This document shows positions 26,036 to 39,135 of a stretch of 64,000 bases of DNA, piece after piece. Origin of the DNA: Octopus sinensis (lineage: Eukaryota); assembly GCF_006345805.1 (NCBI RefSeq), contig NW_021836318.1:1-64000 (forward strand). The letters are read 5' to 3'. The notes below the pieces were generated by a model. The model had not been told where the DNA came from, made no database searches, and saw only the letters and a list, made by a program, of their open reading frames with translations. The position numbers were made by a program, and so were the translations under genes. The first letter of the stretch is position 1; the number at the start of each line of letters is the position of its first letter.

Positions 26036-28009
26036 ATGGCAACTAGAAACCACGTGGCTAGCCCGCCAGTCATGCAGAACGGTAGCAAAACACTATTGCT
26101 ACCACTAGCTGCTAAACATCGCAGCGTGAACACCGCTGTCACCACCATCACCACCACCAACAACAACAACAACAAATCTAACGTCGCATTCACCATCGCC
26201 GCGACCAAAGACATTAACTTAGATTTCCCCTCACTCCCCACACCACTTGTTGATGATAAAGGGACAGAGAAAGGGATTTCAAAAATGAATACAAACGAAA
26301 ACATGAATGCCAGCACCACCACCATCACCACCAACAACAACAACAACGAAATTGGCACAAAGCCGCCTACCAAAGACAACACCGCCAACACCAACACCAC
26401 TACTACGACGTCAAATGCTACATCCAAGCCTTCTGCTGCTAATACCGCCAACACCAACACCACTACCATGACTTCAATTAACACTGCCACAATTAACACT
26501 TCTACTGCCAAATTCAAAACGAATTTTGCGGACGTAACAAAACAAAAAAGAACAATTGTAACATTCACCACACAAGAGATAAACCGCACAAAGGCACTCT
26601 TCTCCAAAGAAGGAGACAAATTGCACCTTCATATTCCACAACACATCGTGGAAAACACGCAAAAAAAAACAAGAAGAACAGAAAATGCACCGCAGGAAAA
26701 AATCGATAAATGCCTTCGTCCTGTATGGGACTCCAAGGAATATATCAGTTGGGGAAACAAATTTGGTACAGTCCAAGTACGTTTCCTCAACGAAAGTTTA
26801 GCAAAACGTTTTTCCACATTGGAGCTACATTCGGACGACTTGGTAATGATACCAGTCTATTTAAACAAAAGGGTCACGAAAGTCCAAATAAAAAACATAC
26901 CATTTGATGTCGAAACACAATGGGTGGTCTCTGCCATCTGCTTTGAAATGTCAGAGACAATGTCAGAGACAAACATCCTGGAAATCGCGGTTCTAGGAGA
27001 GAAAGACTATGTGGGCAAATCAATCGAATTCCTGCTTCAATTGGATGAAGCAGCAAGAGAGAAGATACCCACCGCTATAGAACTGCCAGGAGGCTACAAA
27101 CTCTATATAGTGGTAGAGGGCAGGCGACCACGCTGCTATTTGTGTGGAAGCGAAACACACTTGAAAAAGACGTGCCCAACCACTGCACACCAAGAGCAAC
27201 AACAACAACCACTACCACAACCAAAGCACTCCGGAAAAAAAGCTCTACTACCCACACCACCATCAACACAGAAGACGACAAGAGAAGCACACCAAGCTAA
27301 TCCGTCATCAACCAAAAACCACTCGACACCTGGAAAAATACCAACACTACCATCAACAGCAAAACCCAAAGGAACAGAAAAACAAAGAAAACACACACAA
27401 ACTGATCCCCCATCCCTTATACCGCACTCAACACACACAAACACTCAACAGCCAACAACAACGAAAACAACAACACAACCACTTACACAGACATACATAG
27501 AAGCCCACAACATACCCCTACCCCCTTCTGATTCCTCAGAAATTTCGTCGGAAGACGAAACCAGTGAGGAATGGCAAATAGCTACAAAAAGAAGGAAAAT
27601 AAAGAGCAGAAACACAACCAAACCAAATGCAAACACGAACAAAGCAGGGGGAAATACATCTCCCGAAGACATTTCAAAACCCAACGCAAACAACAGCCAC
27701 ACCAACACCACAAAAACATATACAGCAAACATGCTCACAGCCATAGACACCAAAAACACAAATTTGATGGAATACATCCAATCAAAAACAAACATAACAG
27801 AAGATGACATAAAAACAAACAACCACCCATACACAACACCACCAGACCACATCAAAATAATACACATCTCCAAAAGTCTGCACCACACACTCAAAGGCAT
27901 TTTCCCCAGTGCGGTTGGTAAATGCCAAAAATATCTCACAAAGAAACTGTACTGGGATCTTCTCGAGGACAAACCAACGGAGGAGAAAGCAAAAACTTTC
28001 GAGCAGTAA
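26036..28009 (+). CDS. LINE ORF1 (gag-like nucleic-acid-binding protein, 657 aa)
   Basis: Uninterrupted ORF from the first ATG at 26036. CCHC knuckle [17 protein letters not shown]-rich low-complexity N-terminus. Confidence 0.9.
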   Translation: MATRNHVASPPVMQNGSKTLLLPLAAKHRSVNTAVTTITTTNNNNNKSNVAFTIAATKDINLDFPSLPTPLVDDKGTEKGISKMNTNENMNASTTTITTNNNNNEIGTKPPTKDNTANTNTTTTTSNATSKPSAANTANTNTTTMTSINTATINTSTAKFKTNFADVTKQKRTIVTFTTQEINRTKALFSKEGDKLHLHIPQHIVENTQKKTRRTENAPQEKIDKCLRPVWDSKEYISWGNKFGTVQVRFLNESLAKRFSTLELHSDDLVMIPVYLNKRVTKVQIKNIPFDVETQWVVSAICFEMSETMSETNILEIAVLGEKDYVGKSIEFLLQLDEAAREKIPTAIELPGGYKLYIVVEGRRPRCYLCGSETHLKKTCPTTAHQEQQQQPLPQPKHSGKKALLPTPPSTQKTTREAHQANPSSTKNHSTPGKIPTLPSTAKPKGTEKQRKHTQTDPPSLIPHSTHTNTQQPTTTKTTTQPLTQTYIEAHNIPLPPSDSSEISSEDETSEEWQIATKRRKIKSRNTTKPNANTNKAGGNTSPEDISKPNANNSHTNTTKTYTANMLTAIDTKNTNLMEYIQSKTNITEDDIKTNNHPYTTPPDHIKIIHISKSLHHTLKGIFPSAVGKCQKYLTKKLYWDLLEDKPTEEKAKTFEQ

Positions 28010-28040
28010 GTAACCCTCTGTATTCTAATTCATTAGAACT

Positions 28041-31000
28041 ATGATCAAGATTGGTTGTGTAAATGCGCGTGGCTTGGGGTCCCCTTGGAAACAAGGGTAC
28101 CTCTTAAATGACATAAAGTCACATAAGTTAGAAATCATAGCCATAAGCGAGACCAAACTCCACAATCCGCGGGCCCTAAAGACCATGTTTGGCGGACAGT
28201 TCAACATTTATTTTTCCCCCTGTCTGCCGAGAATGGGCGGTAGTGGCACCGCGGTACATTTTCACAAGAGTCTGGATCTCAATGTAAGGACAATATTCGT
28301 AGACCCGGAGGGTAGACTGGTCATCCTGGATGTCGACGGCAGCAATGGGTGCGCTTTTCGGCTCGTATCAGTTTACGCACCGCCCTTAACAGGTCGGGCG
28401 GATTTCTTTCAACGTCTAGAAGTTTTCTTGGGAACGTCTCGTCCTTTACTCTTAGTGGGGGATTGGAATGCTACCTTGGACACGCATGTAGACTACGTGG
28501 GTAGAGATAGGAATAGACGGGGATGCAAATGCCTCAGAGACCTGCTCAGACGCTTTCAACTGTCTGACAGGTTTCGACTAGACCACCCGAATGCGCCAAC
28601 GTGGACATGGAGCAACCGCATCGGGTCGTCGAGATCGTATCTAGATAGGATACTGTGTAGGACAGTAGATAGAGATAGCATAGGATGTCCACAATTCCAC
28701 ATAGTCAGCTACACGGATCACAAACTTGTGACATGTACGCTAGACTTAGGTAAGACACTTAGGCAGGGTCCCGGATACTGGAAACTAAACGCGTCTTTCC
28801 CATCGAGACAAGTTTTCAGAGACCGGATTAGCACACTAGTAAAGAGGGCTTTGACGGGAGCCATCATCAACAACAAATGGTGGTTTGCCCTCAAGAGAGC
28901 AGTAAAAGCAGAAGCGATTAGGTACAGCAAAGCACTAGCCATAGATAGAAATAGAGTAGAGGGTGAGCTAGTTAAGAAGCTAGAAGAGGCAATTAGAAGC
29001 GGCATCGCATCCGACGTTTTGGCGGCGAGGTTGGCCCTCGACCAACACTTCAACGCCAAACACGAAGGATGTGCTGTCAGAGCTAGGATGCGTGCTCTAA
29101 GGAACGAAGGTGTTGGAGCCGCGAGAGAGGCCCGGGTGGCAGAGGCGCAACAGGGCAACAAAGCCACCATTCGGTCACTGGTAGATGAACAGGGGCGCGA
29201 ATTGCTCGAGCCAAGTAAAATGTGTGAGGCCTTTCAGCAGCATTTTGCCCGACTGTTCGGAACGAGTGGAGGGCAAGAACGTAGGGTGGACTTCAGTGCC
29301 TACCTACATAGCCTACCACGACTCTCGACAAGAAAGGCAGGGTGCTGCGAAGGTGCCATCACGGCGGCGGAAGTGCGGGAAGCGATGGCAGAATGCTCGA
29401 GGGACAAATCACCGGGTTTGGATGGTCTACCCTACGAGCTTTACAATTGTATGCCAGACTTGTTTGGAGATCTCTTGGCGGCGGTGTACTGCAACTGGCA
29501 GCAAAACGGGAGCATTCCTGGTTTTGTGAGCCGAGGAGCCGTAACACTGCTGAAGAAAGATCTAAACAAGGGAAATGTAATAGATAACTTTAGGCCCATC
29601 ACTCTGCTTAATGCAGACTTGAAAATTTTGGCCAAGGTGCTAGCCAAGAGGTTGGCGCTTGTCATCGAGAAACTGGTCGACAAGGCGCAAACATGCGCCG
29701 TGCCAGGCCGGACCATCCATGACAACCTCCATCTGATGCGCTACATCATAGACAGGGTAGTTAACGAACCTGGCATGGGTGGGGCCCTGATCAACTTGGA
29801 TCAATCAAAAGCCTTTGATAGGGTAGACCATCGATACTTGGAGGCAGTCCTGAGAGCGGCTGGTTTCGGTCCCGTCTTCCGCGGCTGGATAGCTGCCTTG
29901 TACAGAGGCATCCGTTCGGTAATTCGCGTAAATGGACATCTATCGAGACCTTTCGACATTGCACGTTCGGTCCGTCAGGGATGCCCCCTCTCGGCGCTTC
30001 TATACGTATTGACTCTTGAGCCACTACTGCGGAAGCTGGCGACTCTAAGGGGCATCCCGCGAGAATTGGGATGCGGGACGAGCGTGTCTGCATACGCGGA
30101 CGACGTCACCGTCATAGTGTCTAGCCACGAGCACATCGAACTGGTCGGCGAGACACTGAAAAACTACGAAGCGGTGACAGGAGCGAAAATCAACCGGGAA
30201 AAGTCAGTGGGCTTGCGACTAGGCACCTGGAGAAGCAAGCCCATGCCGTCCACCAGCGCCTCCGTCGTGGGACGCTGGACCGACGGCCCGGTTGAGTTGC
30301 TCGGGGTCTGGTTTGGTCCGGACCTCCAAGTGGAGAAGAACTGGAACGAGATAACGAGTAGGGTGGTCACTCTCGCCCGGCAATGGGCCGAGAGGAAACT
30401 GTCCCTAAAAGGTCGAGCGGAGGTGGCGAACACGTACATCGCGTCCGTCATCTACTACCGCCTGACCGTCGTACCTTGTCCCGACCCTACCATCACCAAA
30501 CTACAACGCATCCTCTTTCGCTTCTTGTGGAAAGGATGCGTCCCGATGGTCAGGCGATCCATTTGCTGTCAACACCCGTTAAAAGGAGGGCTGGGCATGC
30601 CGTGGTTGATGATGCGCAGACATGCGCTGAGACTGCGACATCTCAGGCTCTTCGTAGACGACGGTGAACAGGTGTGGTCACCGTTTGTGAGGCACGCGTT
30701 CCCGCAGCTCGTCTCCTTGACCGAAATGCAATTGTAGATCAAAAAGAGGCCGAGGAAGGGCGAATGGCATCGCGAGTGTCGCGTTGCTCTCAAGCAACTC
30801 TGCCGTCCTGGGTCGACCTTAAGTGACTTCAACACAACCAAAGCATTCTATAGGGGTTTAGTGGAGGGGAGGTACGACGACGAGCTCGGGGCGAACCTGG
30901 ACGTCGACGAGGAGTACCTGACCCGCCTGTTCGGGACGACTTTCGGGCCAGGGCCCATGGACAACTTCCAGAGATCCCTGGCCTGGCAGTGCTACCGAGA

Positions 31001-31478
31001 AGCGCTACCCGTTCGGGATAAGCTCTACAGACACGGCTCGAGAAACACGGGGCCGACCTGCCCGAGATGCGGTCAGAGCGACGAAACCGTTCTGCACGCA
31101 CTCGTTCAGTGTCCAACAATTTCCGACCTGTGGGCTTATGTCGAACAACTGCTGTCACGTGTGGGACGAGTCGGTTTATCAGCTGAGTCTATCGTCAATA
31201 TTGTCACGCCTCCTTCCTTCAAACGGGAAGGAAGAGCTATTTTCATCATCCTTGTGGCTATGGCGAAAGAATGTATCTGGTGGACGCGTCTGAAAGGATT
31301 GGAGACAAACACTTTCCTCTCTGGTCAATCTCTCATCAACTTCTTCAAGTACCACTTGAAAAGGAAAGTGAGAGTAGAGAGGCAAGTTTTGTCTAGCGAA
31401 TGTTTTAAAAAAAGATGGGTGAATGTAGCAAGAATGGCACGTATGAATGACGAAGCCACCTTGAGCATAGTCCTATGA
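28041..31478 (+). CDS. LINE ORF2: AP endonuclease, reverse transcriptase and C-terminal CCHC (1145 codons, one in-frame TAG at 30735)
   Basis: MIKIGCVNARGL, ISETK, VGDWN, YLDRIL, TDHK; PGLDG, FRPITLLNADLKI, LDQSKAFDRV, RQGCPLS, YADD; CPRCGQSDETVLHALVQC. The 30861-31478 ORF is in frame with 28041. Confidence 0.93.
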
Positions 31479-31873
31479 ACCCAGAAATCGAAAACAGAGA
31501 GTTGCTTATTTGCAAAAAAAAAAAAAAAAAAAAAAGAAATATAAAATGTGACTTCATTGACCGAGGTTACCGTGGTCTTTTCCGCAGGCTTTTCTTTCCA
31601 CGGGTAAACCTCACCTGTCCTCCCCTTTACACTTCATATTGACATTTCTGTGATAACGATCCCTATTGATCATTTTTTTTTCCTCTCCCCCCCCCCTTTT
31701 TTTTTTTTTTTTTAACCCCCCTTATTTTTGTCCTCTTTCTCTCCTTTTACGATCCCTTTTGATCGAACCTCCCCTTCCTTTTTTTTTTTTTTTTTTTTAA
31801 TACCTTCAAAAGAAAAGCTCTACCTTGTAATTTGTTCTATCTGTGTGCAGCCCTGTGTGGCTAATAAAGAAAC

Positions 31874-31899
31874 ATATCTATCTATCTATCTATCTATCC

Positions 31900-31951
<52 letters not shown>

Positions 31952-31993
31952 GTCTATCAATCTATCTACCTATCTACATACCTACCTACCTAC

Positions 31994-32054
<61 letters not shown>

Positions 32055-32109
32055 CATCTATCTATCTATCTATCTATCAATCTATCTACCTATCTACATA
32101 CCTACCTAC

Positions 32110-32176
<67 letters not shown>

Positions 32177-32245
32177 CCTACCTACCTACCTACCTACCTA
32201 CCTACCTATCTATCAATCTATCTATCTACCTACCTACCTACCTAC

Positions 32246-32286
<41 letters not shown>

Positions 32287-32287
32287 C

Positions 32288-32319
<32 letters not shown>

Positions 32320-32361
32320 GTCTATCAATCTATCTACCTATCTACATACCTACCTACCTAC

Positions 32362-32430
<69 letters not shown>

Positions 32431-32461
32431 CATCTATCTATCTATCTATCTATCTATCTAT
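31874..32461. repeat. (TATC)n/(TACC)n array with higher-order blocks
   Basis: Visible directly. The block tatcaatctatctacctatctacatacctacc recurs. Confidence 0.95.
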
Positions 32462-33090
32462 AGCTATTTTCATCATCCTTGTGGCTATGGCGAAAGAATG
32501 TATCTGGTGGACGCGTCTGAAAGGATTGGAGACAAACACTTTCCTCTCTGGTCAATCTCTCATCAACTTCTTCAAGTACCACTTGAAAAGGAAAGTGAGA
32601 GTAGAGAGGCAAGTTTTGTCTAGCGAATGTTTTAAAAAAAGATGGGTGAATGTAGCAAGAATGGCACGTATGAATGACGAAGCCACCTTGAGCATAGTCC
32701 TATGAACCCAGAAATCGAAAACAGAGAGTTGCTTATTTGCAAAAAAAAAAAAAAAAAAAAAGAAATATAAAATGTGACTTCATTGACCGAGGTTACCGTG
32801 GTCTTTTCCGTAGGCTTTTCTTTCCACGGGTAAACCTCACCTGTCCTCCCCTTTACACTTCATATTGACATTTCTGTGATAACGATCCCTATTGATCAAT
32901 TTTTTTTCCTCTCCCCCTTTTTTTTTTTTTTTTTAACCCCCCCTTTTTTTGTCCTCTTTCTCTCCTTTTACGATCCCTTTTGATCGAAACTCCCCCTTCC
33001 CTTTTTTTTTTTTTTTAAACCTTCAAAAGAAAAGCTCTACCTTGTAATTTGTTCTATCTGTGTGCAGCCCTGTGTGGCTAATAAAGAAAC
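32462..33090 (+). mobile_element. Second copy of the LINE 3' end (equivalent to 31235-31873)
   Basis: Near-identical from agctattttcatcatcc to ctaataaagaaac, followed again by (TATC)n. Confidence 0.95.
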
Positions 33091-33130
33091 ATATCTATCA
33101 ATCTATCTACCTATCTACATACCTACCTAC

Positions 33131-33203
<73 letters not shown>

Positions 33204-33209
33204 CATCTA

Positions 33210-34638
33210 TCAGATCATCCCATAAGTTCTGTCTGATTTTACCTTTTTTAAAATTGAATGAAATTTAATAGTATTTTAGAAAGTCTAATGGAATTAAAAA
33301 TTATTTTTATGCATTTGTGTACATTTAAACTAATTAAATATTATTTTACTGAATAATAGAATTAAAATTTCTTATTTCTTTACTGCCCACAAGGGGCTAC
33401 ACACAGGGGGGACAAACAAGGACTGACAAACAAATTAAGTCGATTATATCGACCCCAGTGCATAAGTGGTACTTATTTCATCGACCCTAGTAAGTTGATT
33501 AAATTAAAATTAAAATTTCTTTGATTAAAACCCTTTCTAACATGAAAGTATCCAAAGAGCATTTAAGGCACATAATGCTTTATGAGTACAAAAAAGGAAA
33601 CTCTGCAGCCGAAGCGACTTGAAACATACACTAAGTTTATGGTAAAGAATGCTTGAATGAAAGAACTTGCAGAAGATGGTTTGCAAAATCCAGAAGTGGA
33701 GATTTCAGCATTGAAGATGAAGATCAAACAGGACATCCAGTTGAGTTTGATGATAATCTCCTTGAGGCCATTACTTGAAGAAAATCCTGCATTATCAGTT
33801 GAAGAATTGGCAATAAAGCTTAGTTCAAACCATACAACTGTTCATTGTCATCTTCAACAACTTGGAAAGGTTCCTAAACTTGGAAAATGGGTGCCTCATG
33901 AATTGTCCGAAAGCAACCGCAAATCCCGAGTTGACAGCTACACTTCTCTCCATTCTCATGAACTCATTTCACCCTTTTTGGATAGACTTGTGACTGGTGA
34001 TGAAAAATGGATCTTCTATCAAAATGTTAAACGTCGTAAACAGTGGCTTGGTAAAAGGGAAAAAGCTCAACCACAATCAAGAAGGGAACTTCATGGGAAA
34101 AAGGTTCTTCTCTCTATCTGGTGGGATTGCAAATTCACTCTGAATTGTTACCACCTAATGTAACAATCAATGCTCAAGTTTACTGTCAACAATTAGAGCA
34201 TTTGAACCAAGCTTTGAAGAAAAGAAACCCGCTTTAGTGAATCAAAAAGGAGTGATGTTTCATTAGATAATGTGTAACCCCACACTGCAAACATCACATC
34301 ACAGAAGATCGAAGAGCTTGGTTGGGAAAAAATTCCTCATTCACCTTATTCTCCCAACCTTGCTCCTTCAGGCTACCATTTGTTTTGAAGTTTACAGAAT
34401 CATTTGGGGGACATAACTTTCGCAGGCCAGAAGGAGGTTGAAACTGACATTTCAGAGTTCTTCGCTTTGAAACCAAAAGAGTTTTAACATTGATGGGATT
34501 AAAAAGCTTGTAAATAGATGGAAGGAAGTCATAGATAATCAGGGAAGGTACATTGATGATTAAATTTCAATTAAATATAACATTTGATCACTTGTTTTCT
34601 TTATTCAAAATTCAGACAGAACTTATGGGATGACCTGC
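33210..34638 (+). mobile_element. Decayed mariner (DD34D-type) transposon with a SINE-C insertion (33373-33490)
   Basis: TA|tcagatcatcccataagttctgtctga ... tcagacagaacttatgggatgacctgc|TA TIRs. Transposase remnants from ATG 33542 (WVPHEL, VTGDEKW, YSPNLAPS) to TAA at about 34563, with stops and frameshifts. Confidence 0.95.
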
Positions 34639-34805
34639 TACATCCATCCATCAATCTGTCTGCCCGTCTGCTCGTCCACCCGTCTGCCTGTTGGCCTGTC
34701 TGCCTGTCCGTCCATTTACCTGTCTGTCTGTCCGTCCGTTTGTCTGCCTGCCTGTCCATCTATCCACCCATCCGTCCACCTGCCTGTCCGTCTGTATGTA
34801 TGTAT

Positions 34806-36333
34806 AATAATAATAATAATAATGAAATTATTGTATACAATGCTCAGGTGCACCACAACTTGTCAGAAAGTGTGTATAAAGCATATGTATTAATGTACAA
34901 ATGTCTGGAAAGCGAACAGTGTATGAGTGTGTATGCTTGTGTGTGTATGGAGGGGAGAAAATCAGGTGTAGTGTTGGCGAAAGGAAGCATGGAAGTTTTG
35001 AAGGATGCAGTGCTCTGACAACTAACAACTGATGCCGGCAGTTTGTTCCATGCTTCAGCAACTCTTAGCGTGAAAAAATGTTTCCGAAAGTCATGGGAGC
35101 TGTGCTGTTTTCTGACTTTGTAAACATGTCCACAGGTGTTAGACAGGTGGATTTCGAAAAGGTGCTCAGAGTTATTGTTTGTGTGATGGTTGATAATTTT
35201 ATGGGTGTTTGCTAAGTCAGCTGCCAGACGTCGGAGTTTCAGTGTGTTCATGCCCAGGGAAGTAAGGCGTTCATAATATGGCAAATGCCTGATGGAGGGT
35301 ATTCTCTTGGTTGTCAGATACATGGTTGTGTGTGTATGGAAGGGAGAAAATCAGGTGTAGTGTTGGCGAATCTCAGGAAGCATGGAAGTTTTGAAGGATG
35401 CAGTGCTCCAACAACTAACAACTGATGCCGGCAGTTTGTTCCATGCTTCAGCAACTCTCAGTGTGAAAAAATGTTTCCTGAAGTCATGGAAGGAGCTGTG
35501 CTGTTTTCTGACTTTGTAAATATGTCCACGGGTGTTAGATGGGTGGAGTTTAAAAAGGTGCTCAGAGTTATTGTTGGTACGATGGTTGATAATTTTATGG
35601 GTGTCTGCCAAGTCAGCTGCCAGATGTTGGAGTTTCAATGTGTCCATGCCCAGGGAAGTAAGGCGTTCAGGATATGGCAAATGCCTGATGGAGGGTATTC
35701 TTTTGGTTGCACGTCGCTGAACGGCTTCCAGACAATTGATATCCTGGGCAAGATAGGGGTTCCAGACCGGTGATGCAAATTCCAGGTGAGGTCTTACCAT
35801 AGCTACATAAAGCCGCAGATAGATAGCCGGAGAGTGGCTCACAAAGGACTTGGTGAGTGATGCCAAGACACCCTCAGCTTTCTTGACAATTTTAGCGATG
35901 TGTTTTGTCCAACGCAAATCACTGTCGACAATAACACCCAGGCCACGTTCACATGAAGACTTTTTGAGACTAGTGTTGTGGAGGGAGTAGGTGGACGCTG
36001 GGTTTCTCCTCCCAAAATGCATGGTGGTACATTTGTCCACAGCCAGCTTGAGTTGCCAGTCCATGATCCACTGCTGCATTGTGTCCAGGTCTGCTTGCAA
36101 TGGAGATCTATAGTGTACAGGATTTGACCTCTTTATTTCGAGGTACAGCTTGATGTCATCTGCATATTTCAGCACTGTGGCATTCTTTAAGTTGGCATCT
36201 ATGTCATTAACATATGCAACAAATAAAAGGGGGCCACCAGATGTCATCTCATAGGGCGAAGAGTGCTGTCCTAGAACTGTGACAATCTCTTTTCGGCCGA
36301 AAATAAAGGACTTCAACCAGTTATAGAGTTCAT
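34806..36333 (-). mobile_element. CR1-type LINE, 5'-truncated; two joined 3' segments and an (ATT)n tail
   Basis: ORF 35351-36316 with GPLLFVAYVND, KYADD, VRPHLEFASPVWNP, EAWNKLP. A diverged second 3' segment lies at 34806-35312. Confidence 0.92.
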
Positions 36334-36503
36334 CTCTATATGTATGTATGTATATATGTATGTGTAAAGTTTATAACTATAGTGGAAATAGCTTTTAACA
36401 TTGAAATACTCAAGTTACTAGAGTGTTCAATGTTAAAAACCGATACTCTAACGTCTAGTATATCTGTTCACGAGGGCAATGGTGACAGTACACACTTTTC
36501 TAA

Positions 36504-36538
<35 letters not shown>

Positions 36539-37277
36539 CCATATATGTATGTTATCTTTATGATCATCATTATTAATATTTTCATCAATTAAATGCCTTT
36601 CTTCCAACCAGGCATTGGTTGTATCTTTTGAAAGGTTTTGTTGAGTCAGATAATGGTGCCATTCTCCTATCTATGAAAGCATTGTATATACATACATATA
36701 CATATCTATGTGCATGTGTGTGTGTGAGTGTGTGTATATGTATATACACATGCACACATTTACATAATTGTATAGCGTTGTATTGTATTTTGAAGAAAAC
36801 GTGTAGAATCTTGTATAAATATTTAAGGTTAATTTTGGAAGTTCCCACAGACATTGCTGATCTTCAATAGAAAATAAAACCATTCACACAATGCGATAAT
36901 GACTACTTAAAAAAATGTAGTAGTAGAGGTGGCGGCAGCAGTGGTGGTGGTGGTGGTGGTGGTATTAACCGTTATTTTTTTTCTATTGTTGTGGGGTGGT
37001 GTGTTATTTATAACTTATTACTATTGTCAATATCGTTATTATTATTATAAAAATCACGTGTTTGACCGGGCTGGCTGATGGCCAAGTCCAACGTGAAGAT
37101 CACTCCACTGTATCGCTTTAGCAAGGAAGAGCAGGCACATTTTTCTTTGTTTTGTTGCTATGGTAAAAGAAGAAGTGTGGCGGTGATTGCTGACGAGGCT
37201 TTCCCCCACTCTCTGGCTCTCAGTCACATTGGGAGGCACCCCTGTTGAGAGAAAGGTGTAACCGGAGAGAGAATTGC

Positions 37278-37692
37278 TACCTTACTCTTTTACTCTTTTA
37301 CTTGTCTCAGTCATTTGACTGCAGCCATGCTGGAGCACCGCTTTTAGTCATGGAAATCGACCCCGGGACTTATTCTTTTGTAAGCCTAGTACTTATTCTA
37401 TCGGTCTCTTTTGCCGAACCACTAAGTGACGGGGACGTAAAAACACCAGCATCGGTTGTCAAGCGATGCTAGGGGGACAACACAAACACACAAACATACA
37501 CACGCACATACACATACATATATATACATATATACGACGGGCTTCTTTCAGTTTCCGTCTACCAAATCCACTCACAAAGCTTTGGTCGGCCCGAGGCTAT
37601 AGTAGAAGACACTTGCCCAAGGTGCCACGCAGTGGGACTGAACCCGGAACCATGTGGTTGGTAAGCAAGCTACTTACCACACAACCACTCCT
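37278..37692 (-). mobile_element. SINE family A, inserted in the D+G repeat
   Basis: Standard body. Confidence 0.9.
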
Positions 37693-38265
37693 GTTAAAAA
37701 GTTGGGTAAATATGGTGAGTATGGCCTAGGTTGACTGGTCCTGTTCTGAATCTGGGATTGTAGGGACAGAGATAAGAGCAAGGAGAGGGACCCTGGCCAT
37801 TGATAGTCTGGGTTATCTGGAATATCTGTAGGGGTCCAATTTTGGTCCATGGTTGAGGCCCTCTTTATTGTGACTATACATTTTCTTTTTTTTTTCTTTT
37901 TTTTTAGCCATTTTACTGGTTTCATTCATACTCTGGCCATACAGGGGCAGCCTCTTCAAAAGTTTTTCATTGATCATATCAAGTCCAGCACTTTTTTTCA
38001 TTCAGGTGAAGTTGGGTCTGCTCTGAGTATGGGATTATAGGACAGAGATCACATCTAGGAGAAGGGTTATTCCCTTATGTGGCCAGGCAACATGCTGGAA
38101 AAAGCAGCAAAATAGCTCTTAAATTAAATACTCCTACCATCTTGAACACAGGGTACAGTGGTCAAAAATAGTGGAGAGTTAATTTTGGATCACCTTTTAT
38201 CAAAAAAATCTGCTTTATTATGTCTGATCTGATGTTGGAAAACAACAAATACATACATATATATG

Positions 38266-38428
38266 CATGAGTGGCTGTGTGGTAAGTAGCTTGCTAATGA
38301 ACCACATGGTTCCGGGTTCAGTCCCATTGCATGGCACCTTGGGCAAGTGTCTTCTACTATAGCCTCGGGCCGACCAAAGCATTGTGAGTAGATTTGGTAG
38401 ACGGAAACTGAAAGAAGCCCATCGTATA

Positions 38429-38520
<92 letters not shown>

Positions 38521-38735
38521 ATATGTTTGTGTGTCTGTGTTTGTCCCCCTAGCATTGCTTGACAACCAATGCTGGTATGTTTACGTCCCTGTAACTTGCA
38601 GTTCGGCAAAAGAGACCGATAGAATAAGTACTAGGCTTACAAAGAATAAGTCCAGGGGTTGATTTGGTCGACTAAAAGCGGTGCTCCAGTATGGCCACAG
38701 TCAAATGACTGAAACAAGTAAAAGAGTAAAAGAGT
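38266..38735 (+). mobile_element. SINE family A, full length
   Basis: Standard head and tail. Confidence 0.9.
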
Positions 38736-38750
38736 ATGTATAAATATATA

Positions 38751-39135
38751 TGGCTGTGTGGTAAGTAGCTTGCTAACCAGCCACATGGTTCCGGGTTCAG
38801 TCCCACTGCGTGGCACCTTGGGTAAGTGTCTTCTGCTATAGCCCCGGGCCGACCAATGCCTTGTGAGTGGATTTGGTAGATGGAAACTGAAAGAAGCCTG
38901 TCGTATATATGTATATATATATATGTATATATATGTATGTGTGTGTATGTGTTTGTGTGTCTGTGTTTGTCCCCCTAGCATTGCTTGACAACCGATGCTG
39001 GTGTGTTTATGTCCCCGTCACTTAGCGGTTCGGCAAAAAGAGACCAATAGAATAAGTACTGGGCTTACAAAGAATAAGTCCCGGGGTCGATTTGCTCGAG
39101 TAAAGGCGGTGCTCCAGCATGGCCGCAGTCAAATG
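38751..39135 (+). mobile_element. SINE family A (left arm of an inverted pair)
   Basis: Ends at ggccgcagtcaaatg, fused to an opposite-strand copy. Confidence 0.9.

Larger units (their letters stand above)
25817..31873 (+). mobile_element. Near-intact full-length L1/Tx1-clade LINE (about 6.06 kb)
   Basis: About 220-nt 5' UTR, ORF1, 31-nt spacer, ORF2, and about 395-nt 3' UTR ending AATAAAGAAAC. (TATC)n on both sides. Confidence 0.95.

Noticed and set aside
26014-30841. Antisense ORFs over the LINE (e.g. 26014-26619, 27445-27972, 28718-29170)
   Set aside because: Shadow ORFs of the compositionally biased sense ORFs.
31728-32705. 325-aa ORF with YLSI repeats fused to the LINE C-terminus
   Set aside because: TATC microsatellite read through into the duplicated LINE end, starting from a non-ATG codon.
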